Assembly (NCBI GenBank): GCA_964035545.1
Contig: OZ037765.1
Location: 34,409,504 to 34,473,503 of the forward strand
Source: Bugula neritina
Lineage: Eukaryota; Animalia; Bryozoa
DNA length: 64,000 bases
Reading direction: 5' to 3'
Part shown: positions 37,301 through 48,324 of the stretch, piece after piece
Layout of the letters: each line of letters starts with the position of its first letter
Position numbering within the stretch: position 1 is the stretch's first letter
Notes under the pieces: model-generated
The model's database searches: none
Seen by the model: the letters and a program-made list of their open reading frames with translations, nothing else
Told to the model about the DNA's origin: nothing
Program-made: the position numbers and the translations under genes

Positions 37301-40300
37301 TGATACATACTATATGGCGTAGTAATACATACTATATGGCGTAGTAATGCATACTGTATGGCGTAGTAATGCATACTGTATGGCGTAGTAATACCTACTG
37401 TGTGGCGTAGTAATACCTACTGTATGGCGTAGTAATACATACTATATGGCGTAGTAATACATGCTGTATGGCGTAGTAATACATACTGTATGGCGGAGTA
37501 ATACACGTTGCAGGGGTCAACCAGCCCTGCCCCTAGTCAGGCTGAGAGTGGACCACTCAGGCGGCTACGAGACATTCAATGCGGTGCAGTTTGGTCAGCA
37601 GTTTGTCGGCCGTGTCGCCAACCCCAAGGACATCGTTTTGTTCACGAAGAAGCGGCAGGCAAGACAGAGGGGAGACATCCTCAATTTGGACGACGTGGAG
37701 GCCCTGGTGTCGGAGCAGAGTCACGAAACTATTGAGTCTCTCGTAAACAGGTTCCTCGGCTCTGTTGAAGAGAGGTGCGTCCCTTTAATTCTTGGGCTAA
37801 CTTTAAGATCTGAATCTAAACAGTGTTCAGCTGTATGAGTCAAGGTGAATAGACGGAGTGTTTTGGTTGTCGGCTGGGAAATCATCTGAAGTTATGTTCA
37901 AAGTGTTGGGGAGATCCTAAATATTATTGTGAAGCTGAATTTAATGGCGATGTGTAGTTGTGCTCTTTCTCTAGCATCTATTGGCATGGCGAAAGTCAAA
38001 TGAAGGTTTCATTATTTGCTAGGAATAAAATTTTTCCAAATAATTTTTTTCCTGAAAGTTGATAATACAGTTAGTAGAAAGACTACATGAAGGTGATGTA
38101 GGGTGTATGGCTTTTGACTGTTAACTGCTGATTTTATTGTATTTACTGATATCCGTGAAACTTTGAAAGTTCTGCCATCTTACTGGTCGCGTGTTTGTTG
38201 TATCAGAGGATCTCTGAAGCTGGACGCGCTGAGTGAGAGGGGACTAAGTAAAGCTGTCGGGGAGTTCGTCAAGAAAGATGATAATGAGGCTATACATGCC
38301 ATGGTGAACCACCAGATTAGCAGCATCAACACCTCCCTAAACTCTGTATGTTCCCTAAACTCTGTATGTTCCCTAAACTCTGTATGTTCCCTCAACTCTG
38401 TATATTCCCTTAACTCTGTATGTTCCCTTAACCCTGTATGTTTCCTCTCTCTACTCTCTATATTCCCTCTCTCTACTCTCTATATTCTCTCTCTCCACTC
38501 TCTATATTCTCTCTCTACTCTCTATATTCTCTCTCTCTACTCTCTATATTCTCTCTCTCTACTCTCTATATTCTCTCTCTACTCTCTATATTCCCTCTCT
38601 CTACTCTCTATATTCTCTCTCTCTACTCTCTATATTCCCTCTCTACTCTCTATATTCTCTCTCTCTACTCTCTATATTCTCTCTCTCTACTCTCTATATT
38701 CTCTCTCTACTCTCTATATTCCCTCTCTCTACTCTCTATATTTCCTCTCTCTACTCTGTCTACTAGTATACTATGTATTATGTTATAGTAATATACACTG
38801 ATATTACTTGTAGAAGAATATTGGGAGAGACGCGGAGATTTCCGAGCATCTGGAAGGACTGAAAGTGGAGAGGACAACTCTCGACCCACGAGAAGAAGAC
38901 CAGCAGGTATACTATGAGATATAATTCTACTAAATGCTGACACAGAGTATACACTGCGTGTTTCTACGTGCTGTAGGGTGTGGCTAATCATAAGGTTGGA
39001 GTGTGTTTGGTGTTGGATCTTTGTTTTGTTGAGCAAATCTTTAGTCATGAAGTTTTTTTGGAAATCTCAGCATTTTCTTCTCACCTGACACTCTACTTTA
39101 CTTGTAGAGAGATTTGATTTGCCAATTCTAGCCTAAGTTTTAGTCTGTAAGATGTAGGAAACTGTAGGAGAGTAAACTGTGTACTGAAAGCCTTATTTAA
39201 TATTAAGTGATATGTCTACGTATTGAGTGCCGAGTAGACTCAGTCTCAAGCCCTGTACTGAGTAGCAGATGACTTGTGTGTAGTTTGAGAGAGTGTTGGA
39301 AGAGAGCCAGAAGTCCCGCACGTATGTCCCTCCCCCCGACCTAGACGATGACCCTGACACTGTGGAACCAGTGCCGAGTAAGCCGGCGAGGGGAAGGGGT
39401 AGTCGGGGTGGACAGAGAGGCCGAGGTCGTGGTGGCAGAGCAAGTCGTGGAGCTCGGGCTAAAAGTGAGTCACACTCTCCAGTTTCTGTAACAGCTATTT
39501 TATTTTCAATCTTTTTTTTCAACTGTTTTTTTATTGATCTTTTAGTTATTTTTTCTCATTTATAGAAATATTTTGAAATATAAATAGACAACATACTCAA
39601 ATATGCAATGGAAAGTTCAGGGTGCATTTGGTACTGAAGTAACACAACGTCTCACTTGGCTAATTCGTGTGAGAAGTTCTCTCTGTGGAATTACTTTCTC
39701 GGTCAGATACTAAAGCTACAGTCTTTGCAAGATACTGATAAATAACTCACTCACTCACTAACTCACTCACTCACTAACTCACTCACTCACTAACTCACTA
39801 GCACTAACTCACTAGCACTAACTCACTAGCACTAACTCACTAGCACTAACTCACTAGCACTAACTCACTAGCACTAACTCACTAGCACTAACTCACTAGC
39901 ACTAACTCACTAGCACTAACTCACTAGCACTAACTCACTAGCACTAACTCACTAGCACTAACTCACTAGCACTAACTCACTAGCACTAACTCACTAGCAC
40001 TAACTCACTAGCACTAACTCACTAGCACTAACTCACTAGCACTAACTCACTAGCACTAACTCACTAGCACTAACTCACTAGCACTAACTCACTAGCACTA
40101 ACTCACTAGCACTAACTCACTAGCACTAACTCACTAGCACTAACTCACTAGCACTAACTCACTAGCACTAACTCACTAGCACTAACTCACTAGCACTAAC
40201 TCACTAGCACTAACTCACTAGCACTAACTCACTAGCACTAACTCACTAGCACTAACTCACTAGCACTAACTCACTAGCACTAACTCACTAGCACTAACTC

Positions 40301-41025
40301 ACTAGCACTAACTCACTAGCACTAACTCACTAGCACTAACTCACTAGCACTAACTCACTAGCACTAACTCACTAGCACTAACTCACTAGCACTAACTCAC
40401 TAGCACTAACTCACTAGCACTAACTCACTAGCACTAACTCACTAGCACTAACTCACTAGCACTAACTCACTAGCACTAACTCACTAGCACTAACTCACTA
40501 GTACTAACTCACTAGCACTAACTCACTAGCACTAACTCACTAGTACTAACTCACTAGCACTAACTCACTAGTACTAACTCACTCACTCACTAACTAACTC
40601 ACTCACAGTAACACTACTCACTCATAATTTCACAGACAATAGTTTTGGCCTTCATATCACGAACTTACAGGACTTCTTGACATCATCAGCCATTAACTTA
40701 TCTAGAGTTAGAGTTATAGTTGGCGGTTACATTCTATGAGTACTTATTTATTAGTTGATATTTAGTGTCTGCAGGTTACATAATAATATGGCTGTATTTC
40801 CTGTATTCTCACTCTCCTTCTAACTGCACAGGCTCTGCGTCCAATGGAAATCTGCTGGTTGATGTTACCAACAGTGACGGTGAAGATGTGCTCGTGGTGA
40901 AAGCAACTCCTCCGCCATCTGGGAAACTGTCCACCAAACTTCCTGCTAAACGATATAAAGGCATTCAAGATGATTCTGACGACGACGATTATCTTCCGGG
41001 AAAGAAATCGTGTGCTCGTCGATGA
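34386..41025 (+). CDS. MRE11: Double-strand break repair nuclease MRE11 (~10 exons)
   Basis: Phosphoesterase motifs [58 protein letters not shown]; LPLVRLRVD; [15 protein letters not shown]; GAR motif [16 protein letters not shown]; acidic C-terminus. The last exons are less certain. Confidence 0.96.
35528..36086. repeat. 55-bp minisatellite x10 containing the MRE11 3' splice site and the first ~19 nt of the exon
   Basis: CCCTCCCTTTAG|GTATGGGTAAC with AG ending at 35570, 35627, 35682, 35737, 35792, 35847, 35902, 35957, 36012 and 36067; only the last copy leads into the open exon. Confidence 0.93.
36615..36785. repeat. Intronic minisatellite (CTGTGTCACACTCTTTCATA-like)
   Basis: Visible 10/20-bp periodicity. 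Confidence 0.8.
37260..37505. repeat. 22-bp minisatellite (TATGGCGTAGTAATACATACTG) in an MRE11 intron
   Basis: About 11 units ending just before the acceptor at ~37513. Confidence 0.88.
38333..38760. repeat. 18-bp donor-spanning repeat (TCCCTAAACTCT|GTATGT) grading into a CT-rich minisatellite
   Basis: The first unit is the MRE11 exon/intron junction at 38345/38346. Confidence 0.88.
39745..40606. repeat. Highly homogeneous 14-bp satellite (ACTAACTCACTAGC) x ~56
   Basis: Near-perfect tandem array in the last MRE11 intron. Confidence 0.95.
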
Positions 41026-42111
41026 GTCATGGCATCTTTATTCTCTTATCTCCGTAGCAACTAGCATTCATCTTCCTTCATTCATATTGACATGTTGCCA
41101 TAGCAACTATAACATGGCGTATTCACTACCTATGGCTTACTAACTGTTCATATTTTACATAACTTTTGATATTGATATGACGTTACTTACATTAAATGTA
41201 GTCATTTACATTTACTCACAGCTCTCCCACTTATTGCTCTGTCAATATCACCTCTCATTGGTCCTCACACTATAAGTTTCTCAGGAATTGGCGGAACGAC
41301 ATTTTGAAATCAGTCTTAGAACGAATATTTTATCTGGCATCAAGTTTGGTGACTACAGTAGGGTATGTGATTTGATGAGTCCAGTTGTATATGAAACTGT
41401 AAGTTATGCTTTAATCTTTCATGTTCATAAAAAGATTTTTATATTAGCTTTGATGTTTGTACATATGTTCATAGGTAAATTTTATTTTTACACTTTAGGC
41501 CATCATTTGGCCATTTATATAAATGTTGAAAATGTGTTATTGCATTTTTGTTGAAGATAGCTTTAATTTAAATTGGTTGTATCATTATATTATGTTGTTG
41601 AGAAGTTATGTTCCAATAATAAAAACTTCTTTATTTAACTGACCCACTTCTTTTCTCATTTTACTCAATACTAAATATTAGGTTGCTTATTAAATGCAAC
41701 TGTTCTTAGCTAACTTAGAACTTACAACTGGTGCTGCTTTGGTTGGCCCATAATATAGCTTTTGCTAACTGACAGCTTGGGCAACATTGTCACATTTGCT
41801 GCATTATGAAACCATTGCTGTTGAAAATAAATAGCATAATAGTACACATTATAGACACTTCATTGTTATAGGGTTTTATCAATAAACTAAAACTTGCAGT
41901 TCAATAGCAAGAGAAGATAACTTTTCATTGATGACGTGTGATCGTATCAAGTTTCAGACGCTCCGCCTACAAATGACACGAGATCGATAATTTGGTAAAA
42001 AATATACTTCTGTCCAATCCCCTCTCTTTGTGTTGGCACATATTCTTAGCTATTCAATTATGAGACTTTGTCGGTTGTAAAACAAAAAGCAACTAATTTC
42101 AAGTAGTCAAC

Positions 42112-44704
42112 ATGAAAGCACTAAATGTTTTCATACTGACAGCCTTGTGTGCTTTAGTTTTTTCAGAAGAAGACGAAATCTTTGAAAGTTCAGCTAATGA
42201 TGCCTACAAAGCAGCTGTTGAGGTAATCACTATCATATTGATTATTTGATGGTCATCATGTTTCATTGTTTGCCGATTATGAGTTCAACTTCATTAAATT
42301 TAATGAGTAACTTTAATCATTATGATTATCATTAACTTTAAGCCTAAGCCCTAAGGATAAGTGATTATTATCTACTCATAGTTATGCCCACACTCATACT
42401 CTGATCATTATTTTGTCTTATCACTCTCGGTATCACTACGAGTATCAGATTAGTATCAATATCAATATGCATAACCGAAACGGCTAACAGTAACTTACAA
42501 TCACTTTGTTACAATGAGTAACAGGAACAGTAATTCTATGGTTCATTGGTTGTATCAGTATGAGTATCACTATTTACTATTATAATTCAAAATCATTATT
42601 GAATTTGAATATATTGATCATCATTATATTTATAATACTCATAATTTAATGTCCTACTCATTCTTTCAGTGTCTAATACCTTAGAGTTAGCCTTACCGCA
42701 TTACGGTATTGCTATTACTATTAGTGTTGCTAATAAATTCCGTAATTTCAACTATTTTCATAATAATAATGACATTTATTTATTATCTGTATTGATTATA
42801 GGTTATGCCTATGGCAACCATGTTAATTCTAATGGTAATGCGAAATAGACCAAGTATGACACTAATGGTTAGAGTAATGATCACTTTGCGAAGGTTCAAA
42901 ATGAATTAATATAAAATCAAAAAATACTTTTGTATAAAATTATTGATGCATCTTTAAATGATAATATTTAATTTTTTTCGAAATCTGATAAGCATAATTT
43001 TAATATACAACTAAGTAAAACTAAAAGTTATATTCATCATTAATCAAATGTCGCAACCATAGGCCTATACTTTTGGTTTTAAAAACGTTGGGTGACTGAT
43101 TCATTTGATAATTTCAAGTTGATACATTTATAATCATTATTCAATAATCAATAGTCCTAGCTCCATTTGCAGACCCAAGAAAAGTTATTTAGTATATACT
43201 CATTTTGATTTCAATATACTAATTAATAGCAGTTATTTAGTTAAAATTTAAGCAATGACTGTTGATAGCAACAATTTGTTAAATATTTTAACTTAATTTT
43301 GTAGATTTTCAACTTTCTTTAACCAAGTTAGTATTAAAGTACTATTTGATAACTGTTGCCACAGTCAGTATAGTGCTTACAGCATTCATGTATCAACTTT
43401 TGCTGCTTACTTTAGATTATGGGCTAGGTCTAAGGTACCGGGTGAGAGAAGTTTCTAACTGAATTAGGTGCTTTATTTTTAGGTATTTTCTCCACATGCC
43501 ACATTTTTAGGTAATAGTGGCCCTCAAGCTCTTCAAAATTAAAATAAACAGAAAGGTGTTGGGCTGGTCAAAGATTTTGATTTTCAAATTCCAAAATCAA
43601 AAATTATATTTATTCAGCATTTCCAAAGTTGCAAAGCAACCTATTATGACCATAGCAGCTTGTTTTCTGATAGAAACTAAAGTTTATTTGGCTATGCTAT
43701 GACTACTACATATAGCGTAATGATTTGCATGCTCTTTAGTTACAGCAGTTACAGTTACATGCACACTGGTTCACGCACTCTCTTTGTCAGCTCGCTCTTA
43801 ATCCTCTCTCTTCCTTCTCTTCCTACATCCTTGACTTCTAATATACAATATAATATTAGAGTATAATCAACATATCAGAGTATAATCAACATATTAGGGT
43901 ATAATCAACACATTAGAATATCATCAACACATTAGAATATCATCAACATATCAGAGTATAATCAACATATCAGAGTATCATCAGCATATCAGAGTATTAT
44001 CAACACATTAGAGTATCAGAGAAGTAGTTTAATTATTCTCTATTTGCAGAGCTGCTCTGGGTGACAACTCAACAAATATCCTGAGGTCAGAGATTTTATC
44101 AACAAAGATCTCCCTCTTTTGTATCCTTTTACCTACTCTCTGCTGATCCATACGCCACCTCCATGTCATCCTGATATGATATGCCACCTTCATGTCACCC
44201 TGATATGATATGCAGTCATTTTAGTTCTTCAGTGAAACTGTGAAATTTTAATAGCTGTTAGACTGATTTGAAAGGTGCAAGTTGTAAGCTTAGAAGTAGA
44301 GAGTAATTATCTGATTGTAATTCAAATAGTAGAAAACATATTTTATTGTATTGACTACATTTCATCTGATAGTTTCCTTGACTGGCTGTACTAGTCATAA
44401 TGTGGTTAGAGTCAATAAACCAGGAGCTCCGCCAAACCTTATAATCTACAACTTGGAGGAGCACGAGATTGAGGTATGTGTTATAAACAGCTTTGTGTTG
44501 GAGCCCAGTCTATGTGATATGTGAGAGTGTATATGTCAAGGTCATATGCTCTACTCATTTTAGAGAATACTACTGTCTGGCAAGAGCAGAGCTCACTGCA
44601 ATGAGTTGCTACTGAGTAGAGGGTTCTACAAGAAGAGGTCTCAGAGTGAGTCAGTACCAGAGGAGTATCTGCAGGGTCCTTACAGACGCAAGGAAGAACT
44701 ATAG
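42112..44704 (+). CDS. SELENOM: Selenoprotein M (Sep15/SelM family), 133 aa, in-frame UGA = Sec at 44062-44064
   Basis: Exons 42112-42222, 44050-44120, 44395-44473, 44564-44704. Signal peptide MKALNVFILTALCALVFS; redox motif CSGU-QLNKYPEVRDFINKDLPLFHN (cf. human [25 protein letters not shown]); PGAPPNL; GFYKK; ER-retention KEEL*. Missed by the ORF track because of the UGA and short exons. Confidence 0.93.
44121..44394 (+). other. U12-type (minor spliceosome) GT-AG intron in SELENOM
   Basis: 5' splice site GTATCCTTTT (U12 consensus RTATCCTTT); branch site TTCCTTGAC at 44374-44382, about 12 nt before the AG; no polypyrimidine tract. Confidence 0.88.
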
Positions 44705-44839
44705 TTATTCCTTTGAGAATATCTCTAACTCTATTTATTCATCATCTCGTTATAAATTCCCTCCATTATTATATTCTACACAATGTTTAATGATGCTGAT
44801 ATTGGCTACAATGATGCAATATTATGAGTTTTATTTTGT

Positions 44840-44915
44840 GTATTGTTGTGACCAAGGAAGTGATGATCTGAAAGCAAATGCTGGGTCAACATGGATATAT
44901 TTCTCCAACTAATAC
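44840..44915 (+). promoter_or_regulatory. Candidate SECIS element (type II shape, non-canonical AGGA/GA core)
   Basis: A-GGA-A (44855-44859), helix GTGATGATCT/GGGTCAACAT, unpaired AAA 12 nt after the GA, ministem GCA/TGC, 3' G-GA-T (44893-44896), lower helix GTATT-GTTG/CAAC-T-AATAC. Folded by eye. Confidence 0.55.
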
Positions 44916-44992
44916 TTAAACTAAGATTCTAGAATATTCAATTATTTTTACAATATACAATAAATGTGTAAATAAAGGGAAGATAAATCCCG

Positions 44993-47900
44993 CTATTGAT
45001 TATCATCATCATGGTAAGCATATATCAACTCTTTCTTGTCGACTTCCTCATTGGAGATGTAAGGTTTCACTTGGCGCCAGTCTTCTGTTGTCGTGGCACT
45101 TATTTTGTCCAGATATGCTTTAAGACGAGAGAAGCCATCTTCTAGCAGCTGGTTTTGTTTTGTAATGGCCTTTATTAGCTGTAGGTTCATATTTACAGGG
45201 TGCACGGGATCCATACCATCGTATGAGGAGTTGTCATCTTCTAACTCTTTCTTTAGCCTTGTCTCGTTGCCAAGGTAACGCTTGTGTATCCAATATGGTG
45301 GCATGTAGTGAGGCATATAGTAGTTATACTCATAGGGGTAACTCTTGTACTGGTAAGGAGGCCACCTTGGCATGCCATACAAACCACCAAACCTACAAGT
45401 TAACAACTGCCCATGAATGTGTAAAGCAGTGAAGAGTTGAAGGCATCCAGTGACATATGCAAGTAAAGGACGTATCGATCTTTCTCTTGGCAGTTTACAA
45501 TAAAACTAGAAGCCAGCTTTCATTTAGTTAGGGTTTTGGTATACAACAATCTGTGAATTAAACTCTTAGTGTATTAAAATATTTGTAACCAACCATAGAA
45601 TATGCAGCAAGCAATTATAAACACTCTGTGTCATAAATCAGTGCAACATATTTGTTTTATTGTATTTCACATCAACATGGGCCCTTACCACCACCCCCCC
45701 CCCCCCCCCCGTGTCATGTTGTGGGTAACTCACTGTGGCAAGTATTTAGGGACTTCCTTTTTTCCTGAAAGTGAGTGTGACATGTGACTGTCAGGTGGCA
45801 CGTCTGCTGAGTGTGACATGTGACTGGCAGGTGGCACGTCTGCTGAGTGTGACATGTGACTGGCAGGTGGCATGTCTGCTGAGTGTGACATGTGACTGTC
45901 AGGTGGCACGTCTGCTGAGTGTGACATGTGACCGTCAGGTGGCACGTCTGCTGAGTGTGACATGTGACTGCCAGGTGACATGTCTGCTGATGGCAACTGA
46001 TGTGAGGGCACATTGTATAGCCTGTGATTATCAACTAGGGTTGGGTGGTTCAAAGGCTGCCCATCCTCACCTTCTGCAAGACATAAAATCACTTGCTAAT
46101 AGTTGTCAACTACATATGCTATACATATAATAAAGCTAGTAAACAAGGTATGCAGAGCACCTGCGTGTAGAGTCGAGTCTGACTCTGAATTCACTTGTAT
46201 GTCAGACACTAAGGGTGCCGGCGGATCAAGTGGATACCCAGAATCTGAGTTGACATCAGTGTGATGAGATGAAGAGTGAATACTGGTGGCTAGCCCTAGA
46301 ACATAGAGTCAAGTCATCATCAAGGTAGGGGGAGTCAGAAACCACACAGTAACTTGTAAATAATCTCAGAATATTTAATTTTTCAAGAAAGACAACTAAG
46401 GAAATTTGAATTGTAGAAGAATAGCTGCAGCATGCAAATGTCTACTCAGAATATTAGAGAAGTAGAATAAGTATCACATAATATACACTACATAATAGTA
46501 CATCATATATTACATAATAGTACATCATATATTACATAATAGTACATCATATATTACATAATAGTACATCATATATTACATAATAGTACATCATATATTA
46601 CATAATAGTACATCATATATTACATAATAGTACATCATATATTACATAATAGTACATCATATATTACATAATATTACATCATATATTACATAATAGTATA
46701 CCATATATTACATAATAGTACATCATATATTACATTATAGTATATCATATATTACATAATAGTACATTGTATATTACATAATAGTATATCATATATTACA
46801 TAATATTACATCATATATTACATAATAGTATACCATATATTACATAATAGTACATCATATATTACATTATAGTATATCATATATTACATAATAGTACATT
46901 GTATATTACATTATAGTATATCATATATTACATAATAGTACATTGTATTAGTACATTGTATATTACATAATAGTATATCATATATTACATAATATTACAT
47001 CATATATTACATAATAGTACATCATATATTACATTATAGTACATCATATATTACATAATAGTACATCATATATTACATAATAGTACATCATATATTACAT
47101 AATAGTACATCATATATTACATAATAGTACATCATATATTACATAATAGTACATCATATATTACATAATATTACATCATATATTACATAATAGTATACCA
47201 TATATTACATAATAGTATATCATATATTACATAATAGTACATTGTATATTACATAATAGTATATCATATATTACATAATATTACATCATATATTACATTA
47301 TAGTACATCATATATTACATAATAGTACATCATACATTACATAATAGTATATCATATATTACATAATATTACATCATATATTACATAATATATACCACCA
47401 ACTCACTGGTAAACCGAAGAGAGTATTTAGTGTACCCATTGCCAACTCCATGATTACAGTCTACCTCTGGAGTCTCCTCTAGCGAAGATTTGCTAGCAAC
47501 TGTAAGATTATACACAGCCACTGTGAGCAAGCAGAGCTGACTCTACTTTGTAAGACATTGACTGTACCACAAAAAATACCTACAGTCACTGATTCATAGG
47601 AAAACTTTTTCACGTCTCAGAAATTATTCCATCAATCAAAAAATTTAAGTAACCACTAAATCTGTGCGTCACTCTGATTGGCTCAATACACTGTAGTGAG
47701 TCACGTTAGAGACCGTCACTCTGATTGGCTCAATACACGGTAGTGAGTCATGTTAGAGTCATACTCATGTTGACAGCATGGCCAGACATGTCATACTCCC
47801 CGTCTCTAGAGAGGACAAGACACTGCAGCTGACTTCTACTTCCTGCCGGCAACCTGGACAGACAGACATGACAAACTGTGATGCATTATAATATATGATA

Positions 47901-48075
47901 TGATATGCTGTAATATAGTTTAATAATATATTATAACAGAAAGCTCACTCCCACAGATATAACTTGAGAATAATTCGTCTAGGATTGCATACAAGTGAAT
48001 AGAATGGCAACTCTTCATTCGTCCTCCCTACAAAACAATAAGACAGAGTGAGAGAGCTAGAGAGAGAGAGAGAGC

Positions 48076-48130
<55 letters not shown>

Positions 48131-48135
48131 AGGAA

Positions 48136-48224
<89 letters not shown>

Positions 48225-48277
48225 AGAGAGAGAGAGAGAGAGAGCTAGAGAGAGAGAGAGCTAGAGAGAGAGAGAGC

Positions 48278-48324
<47 letters not shown>

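Noticed and set aside
44062-44064. Premature stop codon implying a pseudogene
   Set aside because: The TGA aligns with the Sec of the SelM CxxU motif, the rest of the frame is intact, and a SECIS candidate is present.
48048-48248. RE-dipeptide protein, and the 164-aa PLDVFVL-repeat ORF at 51791..52285
   Set aside because: Translations of the (GA)n tract and the 21-bp repeat.
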